Program-made: the position numbers and the translations under genes
The notes under the pieces: model-generated
The model's database searches: none
The model's input: only the letters and a program-made list of their open reading frames with translations
Told to the model about the DNA's origin: nothing
In this document: positions 1 through 10,546 of the stretch, piece by piece
How the letters are laid out: each line of letters starts with the position of its first letter
Position numbering within the stretch: position 1 is the first letter of the stretch
From: Synechococcus sp. A15-28
GTDB lineage: Bacteria; Cyanobacteriota; Cyanobacteriia; PCC-6307; Cyanobiaceae
Direction: 5' to 3'
Length of the DNA: 32,000 bases
NCBI RefSeq assembly: GCF_014280175.1
Contig: NZ_CP047931.1
Span: forward strand, 1,830,001 to 1,862,000

Positions 1-684
1 CCCCTGGTGACGGCGCTGCTGTCGGGGCTGCTGCCCTGGGGCATGGCGGTCTGGATCCCGCTGATGGCAGCGCTGGCGTTCCGGAGCCTGCCCTGGAGCC
101 GGATGGCCGCGGCCATCACCGTGGCCATTCATTCCGTGATGGCCGTGGTCACCCCCTGGCTGTGGATGAACGGTCTCAAGGACTATCAACGCGATCGCCT
201 CGTGCTGTTCCTCGACCCGTCCCAGGACCCCCTCGGCGGTGGTTATCACCTGCTGCAGAGCAGCGTCGGCATCGGCTCCGGAAGGCTGTTCGGCACCGGC
301 CTGCTGCAGGGTCAGCTGACCAAGCTGCGGTTCATCCCCGAACAGCACACGGACTTCATCTTCAGCGCCCTCGGCGAGGAAACCGGATTCATCGGCACGG
401 TGCTGGTGGTGACGGGCTTCGCCTTGCTGATGATGCGCCTGCTGCAGGTGGCCCGCCATGCCCGCAGCGATTTCGAATCGCTGGTGGTCGTCGGCATCGG
501 AACGATGGTGATGTTTCAGGTGGTGGTGAACATCTTCATGACCATCGGACTCGGTCCGATCACCGGCATTCCCCTGCCCTTCCTCAGCTACGGGCGCTCG
601 GCGATGCTCGTCAACTTCATCTGTCTGGGCCTCTGCCTGTCGGTGGTGCGACAGAGCCGTGTCAGCTCGCTGGGTCGATGGTGA
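1..684 (+). CDS. SEDS-family cell-wall polymerase (RodA/FtsW type), C-terminal part; the 5' end lies upstream of the window
   Basis: The frame is open from nt 1 to TGA 682-684. The product is a multi-pass membrane sequence with SEDS signatures PEQHTDFIFSALGEETGFIG and GLGPITGIPLPFLSYGRSAML. Confidence 0.8.
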   Translation, partial: PLVTALLSGLLPWGMAVWIPLMAALAFRSLPWSRMAAAITVAIHSVMAVVTPWLWMNGLKDYQRDRLVLFLDPSQDPLGGGYHLLQSSVGIGSGRLFGTGLLQGQLTKLRFIPEQHTDFIFSALGEETGFIGTVLVVTGFALLMMRLLQVARHARSDFESLVVVGIGTMVMFQVVVNIFMTIGLGPITGIPLPFLSYGRSAMLVNFICLGLCLSVVRQSRVSSLGRW

Positions 685-2018
685 GCGACAACAGCCTTCA
701 GGCCCTGCGGCAGCGCCTGGCCCGAAACATTCGACCTGGGGCCTGCGATGAATCCGGGGTGCGCCGACTCTGGTGGGCCGCCCTCGAGATTCTTCAGGAG
801 GAGCTGCTCGATCGCCATGCCGATGAGGGGATCTGGGTCGCCTCCCCGCTGCCGGCGCTCTACGAGCCTGAACTCCTGGCCCATCTGCAGGGATGGGTGC
901 TGGCGCCCAAGAACCTCGATCGCTTCAGTCCATCCAATGCCGCCTTGCCGGCTAGCGCTGGCCAGCGGGAGGAGGGAATGCACTTCCGCCGGCTGACTCT
1001 GCATCCTGAGGATGGGTTGGACCCCCTGCTGGTCGTCATCACACCCACCCTCCAGGCGGCTCTGGCCATTCATGGCGCTCCGGACCGACGTCAGCTGCTG
1101 ATGCGCTGTGACCACGACACCCTGGGCGATGCCCTGGCCCTGTTCGGAGCGCGCTTGCAGGATCAGTCCCCGGAGCTGGCCGATGCGTTGAAAACGCAGC
1201 TGACCGCCCTTGGTCCACTGCACAGCGATCCCCAGCTGGATCAGCAGTTCTGGCCGCGACTGGCGGAAAAGCTCACCGTGACGGCGCCGAGCCTGACCCT
1301 GCAACCCACCCAGTCCAGCTCGGAGCACAACCAGGGGTCCTCCGAGGACCTCAGCCTGCTGGAGGCCATCACCCATGAGGTGCGCACGCCCCTGGCGACG
1401 ATCCGCACCCTGATCCGCTCCTTGCTGCGACGCAACGACCTTCCCTCCGTGGTTCAGAAACGGCTGCGTCAGATCGATGGCGAATGCAGTGAACAGATCG
1501 ACCGCTTCGGGCTGATCTTCCATGCCGCCGAACTGCAGCGCCAACCGGAGGGAACCCAGCTGGCCCGAACCGATCTCGGCTCCATCCTGCGCAGCCTGGA
1601 GCCGACCTGGCGGGACCAGCTGGAGCGTCGCCAACTGAGCCTCACCCTGGAGGTTCAGCCTGATCTTCCCGACGTGCTCAGCGACCCGCGGCGGCTGGAA
1701 CCCATGCTCGGCGGCCTGATCGACCGGGTGAGCCGGGGACTGCCCGGCGGGGCCGGACTGCGGTTGGAACTGCAGCCGGCCGGCGCACGCCTGAAACTGC
1801 AGCTTCTGGTGCAGATGGAGGACGGACCGGTGTCGACCACATCGACCTCAAACACCGAACAGGTGGGCACGGTTCTCAGCTGGGATCCAGCCACCGGCAG
1901 TCTTCAGCTCAGTCAGGCCGCCACCCGTCAGCTGATGGCCAGCCTGGGGGGGAGATATCACGCGCGACGCGACCGGGATCTCACGGTGTTCTTCCCCGTG
2001 GCCACACCTCCTTCCTGA
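678..2018 (+). CDS. Histidine-kinase-like protein (HisKA H-box present, ATP-binding domain apparently degenerate)
   Basis: ATG 678 overlaps the SEDS stop (ATGGTGA). The H-box is LLEAITHEVRTPLATIRTLIRSL. The C-terminal region is HATPase-like but has weak N/G1/G2 boxes. The 162-677 part of the tracked ORF is just the alternate frame of the SEDS gene. Confidence 0.7.
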   Translation: MVSDNSLQALRQRLARNIRPGACDESGVRRLWWAALEILQEELLDRHADEGIWVASPLPALYEPELLAHLQGWVLAPKNLDRFSPSNAALPASAGQREEGMHFRRLTLHPEDGLDPLLVVITPTLQAALAIHGAPDRRQLLMRCDHDTLGDALALFGARLQDQSPELADALKTQLTALGPLHSDPQLDQQFWPRLAEKLTVTAPSLTLQPTQSSSEHNQGSSEDLSLLEAITHEVRTPLATIRTLIRSLLRRNDLPSVVQKRLRQIDGECSEQIDRFGLIFHAAELQRQPEGTQLARTDLGSILRSLEPTWRDQLERRQLSLTLEVQPDLPDVLSDPRRLEPMLGGLIDRVSRGLPGGAGLRLELQPAGARLKLQLLVQMEDGPVSTTSTSNTEQVGTVLSWDPATGSLQLSQAATRQLMASLGGRYHARRDRDLTVFFPVATPPS

Positions 2019-2129
2019 AAAGTTGAAGCACTTTGTTGACAGGTGTGAAGGTTGCTTTCGACCGTTAAATCAGGCCCCAACCACGGTGCTACTTTCCAGT
2101 CGTAACGGACCGTCTGGATTACCGCAGCC

Positions 2130-2561
2130 ATGACAGCATCGGCGTTGAATGGTCAGCTTCCTCAGTTCATCGGCAGCACCGGTGGTCTGCTTAATGCCGC
2201 TGAAACAGAAGAGAAATACGCGATCACCTGGACCAGCAACAGTGCTCAGGCCTTTGAACTGCCAACAGGTGGTGCGGCCATGATGAACTCCGGCGAAAAC
2301 ATCATGTATTTCGCCCGCAAGGAGCAGTGCCTTGCCCTCGGAACCCAGCTGCGGACCAAGTTCAAGCCACGGATCGAGGACTACAAGATCTACCGCATCT
2401 TCCCCGGCGGTGACACCGAATTCCTGCATCCCAAGGATGGTGTGTTCTCCGAGAAAGTGAACGAAGGTCGCCCGATGGTGGGTCACAACCCCCGTCGCAT
2501 CGGCGAAAACGTGAATCCTTCGAACATCAAGTTCAGCGGTCGCAACACCTACGACGCCTGA
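2130..2561 (+). CDS. psaD: Photosystem I reaction centre subunit II (PsaD)
   Basis: The 143-aa product has the typical PsaD pattern: [65 protein letters not shown]. Confidence 0.95.
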   Translation: MTASALNGQLPQFIGSTGGLLNAAETEEKYAITWTSNSAQAFELPTGGAAMMNSGENIMYFARKEQCLALGTQLRTKFKPRIEDYKIYRIFPGGDTEFLHPKDGVFSEKVNEGRPMVGHNPRRIGENVNPSNIKFSGRNTYDA

Positions 2562-2612
2562 TCAACCCGCTGATGCCGCCCCTGCCTGGGGCGGGGCTGC
2601 GAAGATGCCGTC

Positions 2613-4133
2613 ATGCTCAGTCCTGATCGCGTCGCCTTTCACGAGGCCGCAGCCAACGGTGCCAATCTGATTCCGTTGGCCCAGAGCTGGCCAGCGGATC
2701 TCGAAACCCCTTTAACGGCCTGGATCAAGGTCGGAGCTGATCACGCTCCAGGGGTACTGCTTGAGTCTGTCGAGGGAGGCGAGACCCTCGGACGATGGAG
2801 CGTGATTGCCTGTGACCCGCTGTGGACCGCATCAGCCCGCAACGACTGCCTGAAGCGATGCTGGCGTGATGGCCGCGAGGACACATTCAACGGCAACCCC
2901 TTCGACAGCCTGCGCAGCTGTCTTGAGCCTTATCACTGCATCAGCCTGCCCGGCCTGCCACCCCTTGGTCAGCTCTACGGCGTCTGGGGCTACGAGCTGA
3001 TTCAGTGGATTGAACCCAGTGTTCCGGTGCATCCGAGACAGCCTTCGGACCCACCCGATGGCATCTGGATGCTGATGGACGCGATTCTGATCTTCGATCA
3101 GGTGAAGCGCCAGATCACAGCCGTGGCCTTCGCTGATCTCAGCCAGGGCCAATCGGAAAATGCAGCCTGGGAGGCCGCCATGGCGCGGATTGCAGAGCTC
3201 CGGCGCCGCATGGAAGCTCCCCTCCCCCTGGTTGATCCCCTGCCCTGGGATGCGCAGGCCAAGCAGCTTCCAGATGTCAAGAGCAACAGCAGCCAGGAGC
3301 GCTTCGAGGCGGCCGTCAACACCGCCCGGGAGCACATCGCAGCGGGTGACGTCTTCCAACTGGTGATCAGCCAACGCCTGGAAACCGTTGTCCCCCAGCA
3401 ACCGCTGGAGCTCTACCGAAGTCTGCGGATGGTCAATCCGTCGCCATACATGGCCTTCTTCGACTTCGGGGACTGGCAACTGATCGGATCCAGCCCTGAG
3501 GTGATGGTGCAGGCCGACCCAGCCCCGGAAGGCATCCGAGCCAGCCTCAGACCGATCGCCGGCACCCGTCCGCGCGGCACCACAGCCCACGAGGACCGCG
3601 ACCTGGAGCTGGATCTTCTGGCTGACCCCAAGGAGCGCGCCGAGCACGTGATGCTGGTGGACCTCGGCCGCAACGACCTGGGCCGTGTCTGCCAGCCGGG
3701 CAGTGTGGCAGTGAAGGACCTGATGGTGATCGAGCGGTATTCGCACGTGATGCACATCGTCAGCCAGGTGGAAGGTCGCCTGGCCCCCAAGCACGACGTC
3801 TGGGATCTGCTGATGGCGTCCTTTCCCGCCGGAACCGTCAGCGGGGCGCCGAAGATCAGGGCCATGCAGCTGATCCATGAGCTGGAGCCCGATGCCCGAG
3901 GTCCTTATTCGGGTGTGTACGGATCGGTGGACCTGGCTGGAGCCCTGAACACCGCCATCACGATCCGCACCATGGTGGTTCAACCGCACCCCGCCGGTGG
4001 TTGCCGGGTGAAGGTTCAGGCAGGGGCCGGCGTGGTGGCCGATTCAAAGCCGACGGCGGAATACCAGGAGACCCTCAACAAAGCCCGCGGCATGCTCACG
4101 GCCCTGGCCTGCCTCAACCCAGAGCTCCCATGA
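2613..4133 (+). CDS. trpE: Anthranilate synthase component I
   Basis: The 506-aa product carries LESVEGGE, NPSPYMAFF, GSSPE, RPIAGTRPRG, DPKERAEHVMLVDLGRND, FPAGTVSGAPKIRAMQLI and RGPYSGVYG. Confidence 0.93.
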   Translation: MLSPDRVAFHEAAANGANLIPLAQSWPADLETPLTAWIKVGADHAPGVLLESVEGGETLGRWSVIACDPLWTASARNDCLKRCWRDGREDTFNGNPFDSLRSCLEPYHCISLPGLPPLGQLYGVWGYELIQWIEPSVPVHPRQPSDPPDGIWMLMDAILIFDQVKRQITAVAFADLSQGQSENAAWEAAMARIAELRRRMEAPLPLVDPLPWDAQAKQLPDVKSNSSQERFEAAVNTAREHIAAGDVFQLVISQRLETVVPQQPLELYRSLRMVNPSPYMAFFDFGDWQLIGSSPEVMVQADPAPEGIRASLRPIAGTRPRGTTAHEDRDLELDLLADPKERAEHVMLVDLGRNDLGRVCQPGSVAVKDLMVIERYSHVMHIVSQVEGRLAPKHDVWDLLMASFPAGTVSGAPKIRAMQLIHELEPDARGPYSGVYGSVDLAGALNTAITIRTMVVQPHPAGGCRVKVQAGAGVVADSKPTAEYQETLNKARGMLTALACLNPELP

Positions 4134-5272
4134 GCGAAGGGCTGCTGCTCAAGGGCTTTGAAGTCGAGCTGTTCACCGGGCGGCCTGACGGCACCAACGT
4201 TGGCGTGGCCAGTGAGGTGGCCAGGGATCTCAGTGATTTCGTCACCGAACCGGACCACCGCAATCTCGAATACATCACTCCACCGATCAGGGCCTATGAG
4301 GATCTGCCGGAGGCTCTGCTGCGACCCCGCCGCAGGCTGCGCCAATGGCTGTCCCCACTAGGACTGACCCTGCTGCCCGGCAGCACCCTCAGCCTTGGGA
4401 ACAGCAGCCGCTTCGAGCGATCGGATCCCACCAATCCGTATCACGACCTGATCGAAACGACCTATGGCACCAAGGTCGTGACCGCCAGCATCCACATCAA
4501 CCTGGGCATCACGGATCTGAACTGGCTGTTTGCAGCGGTGCGGCTGGTGCGCTGTGAAGCTGCACTGCTGCTCTCCCTCAGCGCCAGTTCCCCTTTTCTG
4601 GGAGGTGAGCTGACGGGTCACCACTCCCAACGCTGGCACCAGTTTCCCTTGACTCCAAAGCAGGTGCCGCTGTTCCGGGATCATTCGCACTACACACAGT
4701 GGGTGGAGCAGCGCCTGGCCGATGGCCAGATGCGCAACGAACGCCACCTCTGGACCTCCGTTCGCCCCAACGGACCGCGACGCCCCTACGAACTCAACCG
4801 CCTGGAACTGCGCATCTGTGATCTGATCACGGACCCGGCGGAACTGCTGGCGATCACGGCGTGGCTGGAACTGCGGCTGCTGGAGCTGCGTGATCACCCG
4901 CAGCGGCTGGATCCACTCCTGTCCAGTCAGCTTAGCGAAAAGGAGCTGGCGGAGCTGGCCGACAGCAACGACGCCGCGGCAGCCCACACCAGTCTTGAGG
5001 CCACCCTGCATCACTGGCAGGACGGCCGTCCGCTGCTCAGCCGAACCTGGATTGCCGAAATCCTGGAGCAACTCGCCCCCCGGGCCGACGCCCTCGGACT
5101 CAGCGATCGGCTCAGGCCGCTGGACAAGCTGCTGGAATCCGGCAACCAGGCCATGCGGTGGACTGCCGCCAACAGTCAGGGCTGCAGCATCGGTGACCTT
5201 CTGCGGCAGGGCAGTTGTGCCATGAAGGATCAGGAAGAGTCCGTCGCCCACTTGAGCGGCACTTTGGGATGA
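4130..5272 (+). CDS. gshA: Glutamate--cysteine ligase (GCS2 / carboxylate-amine ligase family, cyanobacterial GshA type)
   Basis: ATG 4130 overlaps the trpE stop (ATGA). Motifs are [25 protein letters not shown] and LELRICD. The upstream 4001-4129 part of the ORF is the trpE alternate frame. Confidence 0.6.
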   Translation: MSEGLLLKGFEVELFTGRPDGTNVGVASEVARDLSDFVTEPDHRNLEYITPPIRAYEDLPEALLRPRRRLRQWLSPLGLTLLPGSTLSLGNSSRFERSDPTNPYHDLIETTYGTKVVTASIHINLGITDLNWLFAAVRLVRCEAALLLSLSASSPFLGGELTGHHSQRWHQFPLTPKQVPLFRDHSHYTQWVEQRLADGQMRNERHLWTSVRPNGPRRPYELNRLELRICDLITDPAELLAITAWLELRLLELRDHPQRLDPLLSSQLSEKELAELADSNDAAAAHTSLEATLHHWQDGRPLLSRTWIAEILEQLAPRADALGLSDRLRPLDKLLESGNQAMRWTAANSQGCSIGDLLRQGSCAMKDQEESVAHLSGTLG

Positions 5273-8200
5273 TCATGGGCAGTGCTGAAACAAGCGGAGC
5301 GTCGATGCCCCAGTCCACCGCCCATGCCCCTGACGGCGATCAGCCAAGGGCCAGCGGTGGCAGCCCTGGAGCCGGCCGCCTGCTGCAGCATCGCCTCGAG
5401 TTGGTGGAAGACCTGTGGCAAACCGTGCTGCGCAGTGAGTGCCCTCCGGATCAGAGCGAGCGACTGCTCCGCCTCAAGCAACTCAGCGATCCAGTGGCCC
5501 TCGAAGGCCGTGACGGCGACAGCAGCAGCGAGGCGATCGTCGAGCTGATCCGCAGCATGGATCTCTCCGAGGCCATCGCGGCGGCCCGTGCCTTCTCCCT
5601 GTATTTCCAGCTGATCAACATCCTCGAGCAGCGCATCGAGGAGGACAGCTACCTCGACAGCCTTCGCCCGAGCCGCAACCAGGACGAGGAGACCGCGGCC
5701 CCCTTTGATCCCTTCGCCCCACCGCTGGCCAGCCAGACCGACCCCGCCACCTTCGGCGAAGTGTTCGAACGGCTACGGCGGATGAATGTGCCTCCTGCAC
5801 AGGTCGAAACGCTGCTGCGGGAACTGGACATCCGTCTGGTGTTCACCGCCCACCCGACGGAAATCGTGCGTCACACCGTGCGTCACAAGCAGCGGAAGGT
5901 GGCGTCCCTGCTGCAGCGGCTCCAGTCGGAGCCGGCATTGCCCCGCTACGACGAGGAGGAACTGCGACGCCAGCTGGAGGAGGAGATCCGCCTCTGGTGG
6001 CGCACCGACGAGCTGCACCAGTTCAAACCGACGGTGCTGGATGAGGTCGACTCAACCCTGCACTACTTCCAGCAGGTGCTGTTCGAAGCGATGCCACAGC
6101 TGCGGCGGCGGCTGATGTCGTCCCTGAGCCGGCACTATCCCGATGTGCAGTTCCCCCAGGCATCCTTCTGCACCTTCGGGTCCTGGGTGGGGTCCGACCG
6201 GGACGGCAATCCTTCGGTGACCCCTGAGATCACCTGGCGAACCGCCTGTTATCAGCGCCAGCTGATGCTGGAGCTCTACATCGGCTCCGTGCAATCCCTG
6301 CGCAACCAGCTGAGCATCTCAATGCAGTGGAGCCAGGTGGCACCACCACTGCTGGAGTCGCTGGAGATGGATCGGCTGCGCTTCCCGGAGATCTATGAGC
6401 GCCGGGCCGCCCGCTATCGGCTGGAGCCCTACCGACTCAAGCTCAGCTACATCCTCGAACGGCTGGAGCTCACACTGCAGCGCAACCACCAGATGTCCGA
6501 GGCTGGCTGGCAGTCTCCGTCCGAACCCGCCACCACGACTCCCACCGAGGGAATCCCCGGCCATGAAGCGCTGCACTACACGGACATCGATCAGTTCCGC
6601 AGCGACCTTGAACTGATCCGCAACAGCCTCGTCAGCACCGAGCTGAGCTGCGAACAGCTCGACACCCTGCTGAATCAGGTCCACATCTTCGGGTTCTCCC
6701 TGGCCAGCCTGGACATCCGGCAGGAGAGCACCCGTCACAGTGACGCCATCGATGAGCTGACCACCCATCTGCAGCTGCCCAAGGCCTACGGCGCCATGGA
6801 GGAACCCGAGCGGGTGAGCTGGCTGATGGAGGAACTGCAGACCCGCCGACCACTGATCCCAGCATCGGTGCAGTGGTCTGAAGCCACCGCCCAGACCTTC
6901 GCCGTGTTCCAGATGCTGCATCGCCTGCAGCAGGAGTTCGGTCAGCGCATCTGTCACTCCTACGTGATCTCGATGAGCCACACCGCCTCCGATCTTCTGG
7001 AGGTGATGCTGCTGGCGAAAGAGGTCGGCCTGGTGGATCCGCTGGCCGGCAAGGCATCGCTGCTGGTCGTGCCCCTGTTCGAAACGGTGGAAGACCTCCA
7101 GCGGGCCCCGGCGGTGATGAAGGGGCTGTTCCAGGCGCCGCTGTATCGCAATCTTCTTCCCAACGTTGGCGTCCAGCGCCAGCCCCTGCAGGAGCTGATG
7201 CTCGGTTATTCCGACAGCAACAAGGACTCGGGTTTCCTCTCCAGCAACTGGGAGATTCATCAGGCCCAGATCGCCCTGCAGACGTTGGCCAGCAACCACG
7301 GCGTGGCCCTGAGACTGTTCCATGGCCGGGGCGGTTCGGTGAGCCGCGGCGGCGGTCCGGCCTACCAGGCGATCCTGGCCCAGCCCAGCGGCACGCTGCA
7401 GGGGCGAATCAAGATCACGGAACAGGGTGAGGTGCTGGCCTCCAAATACAGCCTGCCGGAACTCGCCCTTTACAACCTGGAGACCGTCACGACGGCGGTG
7501 GTGCAGAACAGCTTGGTGACCAATCAGCTGGATGCCACCCCGAGCTGGAACCAGTTAATGAGCCGCGTGGCCAAGCGATCCCGTGAGCATTACCGCGCCT
7601 TGGTGCATGACAACCCTGATCTGGTGGCGTTTTTCCAGCAGGTCACCCCGATCGAGGAGATCAGCAAGCTTCAGATCTCCAGTCGTCCGGCCCGCCGCAA
7701 GACCGGGGCCCGGGATCTCTCCAGTCTCCGGGCGATCCCCTGGGTGTTCGGCTGGACCCAAAGCCGGTTCCTGCTGCCGAGCTGGTTCGGTGTGGGGACA
7801 GCCCTGGCGGAGGAAGTCAACAACGACCCCGAGCAACTGGACCTGCTCAGGCGGCTGCATCAGCGCTGGCCGTTCTTCCGGATGCTGATCTCCAAGGTGG
7901 AGATGACGCTCTCCAAGGTCGATCTCGACCTGGCGCACCACTACATGAACAGCCTTGGCAATCCGGAGCAGCGCGATGCCTTTGAAGACATCTTCAACGT
8001 GATCGCCGACGAATACGCACGCACCCTGAAGCTGGTGCTCGAAATCACCGGCCAGAGCCGGCTGCTGGGGGCGGATCAGAACCTGCAGCTGTCGGTGGAT
8101 CTGCGCAACCGCACGATTGTTCCCCTGGGCTTCCTGCAGGTGGCCCTGCTGCGGCGACTGCGGGATCAGAACCGTCAACCTCCCATGAGCGAATCCCCTG

Positions 8201-8301
8201 GAACACCGGAGGACCGTCGCACCTACAGCCGCAGTGAACTGTTGAGGGGCGCACTGCTCACCCTCAACGGCATTGCCGCCGGCATGCGCAACACCGGCTG
8301 A
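5269..8301 (+). CDS. ppc: Phosphoenolpyruvate carboxylase
   Basis: Motifs are [39 protein letters not shown] and the C-terminal [11 protein letters not shown]. The start is placed at ATG 5269, which overlaps the gshA stop (ATGA). ATG 5275 is equally possible. Confidence 0.93.
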   Translation: MIMGSAETSGASMPQSTAHAPDGDQPRASGGSPGAGRLLQHRLELVEDLWQTVLRSECPPDQSERLLRLKQLSDPVALEGRDGDSSSEAIVELIRSMDLSEAIAAARAFSLYFQLINILEQRIEEDSYLDSLRPSRNQDEETAAPFDPFAPPLASQTDPATFGEVFERLRRMNVPPAQVETLLRELDIRLVFTAHPTEIVRHTVRHKQRKVASLLQRLQSEPALPRYDEEELRRQLEEEIRLWWRTDELHQFKPTVLDEVDSTLHYFQQVLFEAMPQLRRRLMSSLSRHYPDVQFPQASFCTFGSWVGSDRDGNPSVTPEITWRTACYQRQLMLELYIGSVQSLRNQLSISMQWSQVAPPLLESLEMDRLRFPEIYERRAARYRLEPYRLKLSYILERLELTLQRNHQMSEAGWQSPSEPATTTPTEGIPGHEALHYTDIDQFRSDLELIRNSLVSTELSCEQLDTLLNQVHIFGFSLASLDIRQESTRHSDAIDELTTHLQLPKAYGAMEEPERVSWLMEELQTRRPLIPASVQWSEATAQTFAVFQMLHRLQQEFGQRICHSYVISMSHTASDLLEVMLLAKEVGLVDPLAGKASLLVVPLFETVEDLQRAPAVMKGLFQAPLYRNLLPNVGVQRQPLQELMLGYSDSNKDSGFLSSNWEIHQAQIALQTLASNHGVALRLFHGRGGSVSRGGGPAYQAILAQPSGTLQGRIKITEQGEVLASKYSLPELALYNLETVTTAVVQNSLVTNQLDATPSWNQLMSRVAKRSREHYRALVHDNPDLVAFFQQVTPIEEISKLQISSRPARRKTGARDLSSLRAIPWVFGWTQSRFLLPSWFGVGTALAEEVNNDPEQLDLLRRLHQRWPFFRMLISKVEMTLSKVDLDLAHHYMNSLGNPEQRDAFEDIFNVIADEYARTLKLVLEITGQSRLLGADQNLQLSVDLRNRTIVPLGFLQVALLRRLRDQNRQPPMSESPGTPEDRRTYSRSELLRGALLTLNGIAAGMRNTG

Positions 8302-8305
8302 TCCC

Positions 8306-8779
8306 TTGCTTTCGTTCCTTCAGCAGCCCAGTGTTCCTCAACTTCCCGAGGGCTACCGCCTCGAAACCGGCCTGATGCCAGAGCCGGCGGCCATTAATCG
8401 GTTGCTGGCGTCCTGCCAGGAATCCACTCACCCGGAAGCGCTCTGGCCCAAGGCGATGGAACGGAGCCTGTGGCAGATCAGCATCCTCGAAGAATCCACT
8501 GGGGAGCTGGTGGGTTTCGTACGCGCCACCAGCGACATGGCCCTCAATGCCAATCTGTGGAATCTTGCCGCCCGCCCGGGTCCTGATCAGGCCCGGCTGC
8601 TGACCGTGCTGATGCATCGGGCCCTGAACATCCTGCGGCGGGACCTGCCCGGCTGCAGCCTGTCGGTCTCGGCACCAGCCATGTCAATCGATGCCCTGAA
8701 GGGCCAGGGTTTCGTGATTGATCCCAGTGGCATCCGGGCCATGGGATTGAGGCTGAAACCAACCTCTGGAACTGACTGA
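8306..8779 (+). CDS. GNAT-like acetyltransferase-fold protein
   Basis: A GNAT-like core is present (ELVGFVRATSD...LNANLWNLAARP...LKGQGF). The start is ambiguous: TTG 8273 overlaps ppc, TTG 8306 is chosen here, and ATG 8375 is also possible. Confidence 0.45.
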   Translation: MLSFLQQPSVPQLPEGYRLETGLMPEPAAINRLLASCQESTHPEALWPKAMERSLWQISILEESTGELVGFVRATSDMALNANLWNLAARPGPDQARLLTVLMHRALNILRRDLPGCSLSVSAPAMSIDALKGQGFVIDPSGIRAMGLRLKPTSGTD

Positions 8780-8782
8780 ACA

Positions 8783-8856
8783 CGAGCATGGAGGGATTCG
8801 AACCCCCGACCCTCAGAACCGGAATCTGATGCTCTATCCAACTGAGCTACATGCCC
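8783..8856 (-). tRNA. tRNA-Arg (anticodon CCG)
   Basis: The reverse complement folds by hand as a 74-nt cloverleaf. The acceptor is GGGCATG/CATGCTC, the D-arm GCTC-AGTTGGATA-GAGC and the anticodon arm TCAGA-TTCCGGT-TCTGA. The T-arm is GGGGG-TTCGAAT-CCCTC and the discriminator is G. No CCA is encoded. Confidence 0.9.
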
Positions 8857-8866
8857 ACTGGCCTCA

Positions 8867-10060
8867 GTGAGGGATCAGCAGGAGACCGCCCGACAGGCCG
8901 GCCCGTTATCAGTACCTTACCCAAACGCCGCCCCGCGACCCATCCGGCTCCAAACGCTCCAGCTGCAGGGGTTTCGGAACCACAGGCAACTGTCGCTGGA
9001 GCTGACCCAGCCCCGGTTGCTGGTGATCGGCCCCAACGGCATCGGCAAATCGAATCTTCTGGAGGCGGTGGAGCTGCTGGGCAGCCTGCGGTCCCATCGC
9101 TGCAGCCAGGACCGTGACCTGATCCAGTGGGAAGCACCCCGGGCTCTGCTGCGGGCCGGACTGGACGATGGCGATCAGCTGGAGCTGGAACTGCGTCGCC
9201 AGGGAGGACGTCAGGCCCGACGCAACGGCAAGACCCTGGACCGCCAACTGGATCTGATCGGCCCGCTGCGCTGCATCGGGTTCAGCGCCCTCGATCTGGA
9301 GCTGGTGCGGGGGGAACCATCCCTGCGTCGTCAGTGGCTCGACCGGGTGGTGCTCCAGCTGGAACCTGTCTACGCCGATCTGCTCAGCCGCTACAACCGG
9401 CTGCTGCGCCAACGCAGCCAGCTCTGGCGTCGCAGCGGGCAGACCAGCCCGAGCCAGCGGGACGCCCTGCTGGATGCCTTTGATGCCCAGATGGCCCTGG
9501 TGAGCACGCGCATTCACCGCCGCCGCCAACGGGCCCTGCGGCGCCTGGCACCGATCGCTCGCCGCTGGCAGTCGCACCTGAGTGCCGGGAGCGAGGAGCT
9601 GGACCTGCAGTACCAACCTGGAAGTCGCCTCGATGCCGAGGAGGCTGAGGAGCCATGGCGACTGGCCATTGAAGAGCAGCTGCGGCGGCAACGGCCGGAG
9701 GAGGAACGGCTGGGCAGCTGCCGGGTGGGGCCCCATCGCGATGAAGTCGCCCTGCTGCTGGGAGGCACACCGGCCCGGCGCTTTGGTTCAGCGGGTCAGC
9801 AACGCTCCCTGGTGCTCGGCCTGAAACTGGCGGAACTGGAGCTGGTGACGCAGCTGTTCGGAGAACCGCCGCTATTGCTGCTGGACGATGTGCTGGCGGA
9901 ACTGGACCCCACCCGTCAGCACCTGCTGCTGGAGGCGGTGGGGCAGGAGCATCAATGCCTGGTGAGCGCCACCCACCTGAATGGCTTCGAAGGGGGATGG
10001 CGGGAGCACTCACAGATTCTCAATCCAGGAGACCTGAGTCCAGGGGTGAAGATCGGATAA
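8867..10060 (+). CDS. recF: DNA replication/repair protein RecF
   Basis: The product has LQLQGFRNH, Walker [14 protein letters not shown], the signature [17 protein letters not shown] and Walker [16 protein letters not shown] 8867 is the only canonical in-frame start upstream, which gives an N-terminal extension of about 25 aa, so the start is uncertain. Confidence 0.88.
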   Translation: MRDQQETARQAGPLSVPYPNAAPRPIRLQTLQLQGFRNHRQLSLELTQPRLLVIGPNGIGKSNLLEAVELLGSLRSHRCSQDRDLIQWEAPRALLRAGLDDGDQLELELRRQGGRQARRNGKTLDRQLDLIGPLRCIGFSALDLELVRGEPSLRRQWLDRVVLQLEPVYADLLSRYNRLLRQRSQLWRRSGQTSPSQRDALLDAFDAQMALVSTRIHRRRQRALRRLAPIARRWQSHLSAGSEELDLQYQPGSRLDAEEAEEPWRLAIEEQLRRQRPEEERLGSCRVGPHRDEVALLLGGTPARRFGSAGQQRSLVLGLKLAELELVTQLFGEPPLLLLDDVLAELDPTRQHLLLEAVGQEHQCLVSATHLNGFEGGWREHSQILNPGDLSPGVKIG

Positions 10061-10090
10061 TCTGGTGTGCTGTTTTTCTCTGATCGCCTG

Positions 10091-10546
10091 ATGGAGCAGA
10101 CCCTGTCTGACCTGCATCCCAACCCGGGATGGGGGGACACCCAGTTGCAAGCCACCGACATGGTCGGCAAACACTGCATTCTCGAGCTCTACGACTGCGA
10201 TCCTGCCCGGCTCGACGACGAAGCATTCCTGAGAACCACCATCACGACAGCAGCGAAACGTGCTGGTGCAACCCTTCTCAATCTGACCACCCACAGCTTC
10301 GAGCCCCAGGGCGTCACGGGACTGGCCCTGCTGGCGGAATCGCACATATCCATCCACACCTGGCCCGAGAGCGGTTATGCCGCCGTCGATGTGTTCACCT
10401 GCGGTGACCACACGATGCCGGAACAGGCCTGCGCCGTACTGCGGGATGAACTGCGGGCCCAGCGCCATGCCCTGAGGAGCTTCCTGCGGGAAACACCGGC
10501 GGCTGTGGCCAGCACCGTGCGTGAACCAATCCAGCTGCCCAGCTGA
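10091..10546 (+). CDS. speD: S-adenosylmethionine decarboxylase proenzyme (small bacterial SpeH/SpeD class)
   Basis: Motifs are [12 protein letters not shown], the self-processing site [14 protein letters not shown] and DVFTCG. Alternative starts are GTG 10067 and ATG 10160. Confidence 0.85.
   Translation: MEQTLSDLHPNPGWGDTQLQATDMVGKHCILELYDCDPARLDDEAFLRTTITTAAKRAGATLLNLTTHSFEPQGVTGLALLAESHISIHTWPESGYAAVDVFTCGDHTMPEQACAVLRDELRAQRHALRSFLRETPAAVASTVREPIQLPS

Noticed and set aside
162-677. The 5' part of the 618-aa ORF 162-2018.
   Set aside because: It is the +1/+2 frame of the SEDS gene and gives Arg/Pro/Gly-rich nonsense. A proper ATG at 678 overlaps the SEDS stop. The same logic removes 4001-4129 (gshA ORF) and 5215-5268 (ppc ORF).
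588-1634. A 348-aa ORF on the minus strand, opposite the histidine-kinase-like gene.
   Set aside because: It is antisense to a gene with clear motifs. The composition is rich in Gly, Leu, Gln, Arg and Ala, with no recognisable domain. This is a typical stop-poor antisense frame in about 65% GC DNA.
2036-2041. A TTGACA hexamer upstream of psaD as a -35 element.
   Set aside because: No acceptable -10 lies at 16-19 bp spacing (the nearest TAAAT-like element is about 24 bp away). This is not enough to call a promoter.
2832-3989. A 385-aa minus-strand ORF inside trpE. Similar long antisense or alternate-frame ORFs occur at 4358-5251, 6319-7323, 7555-8178, 8909-9736, 11377-12234, 22418-23473, 26809-27555 and 28154-29392.
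   Set aside because: Each lies wholly within a confidently identified gene on the other strand or in another frame, and none shows a motif. They are high-GC artefacts.
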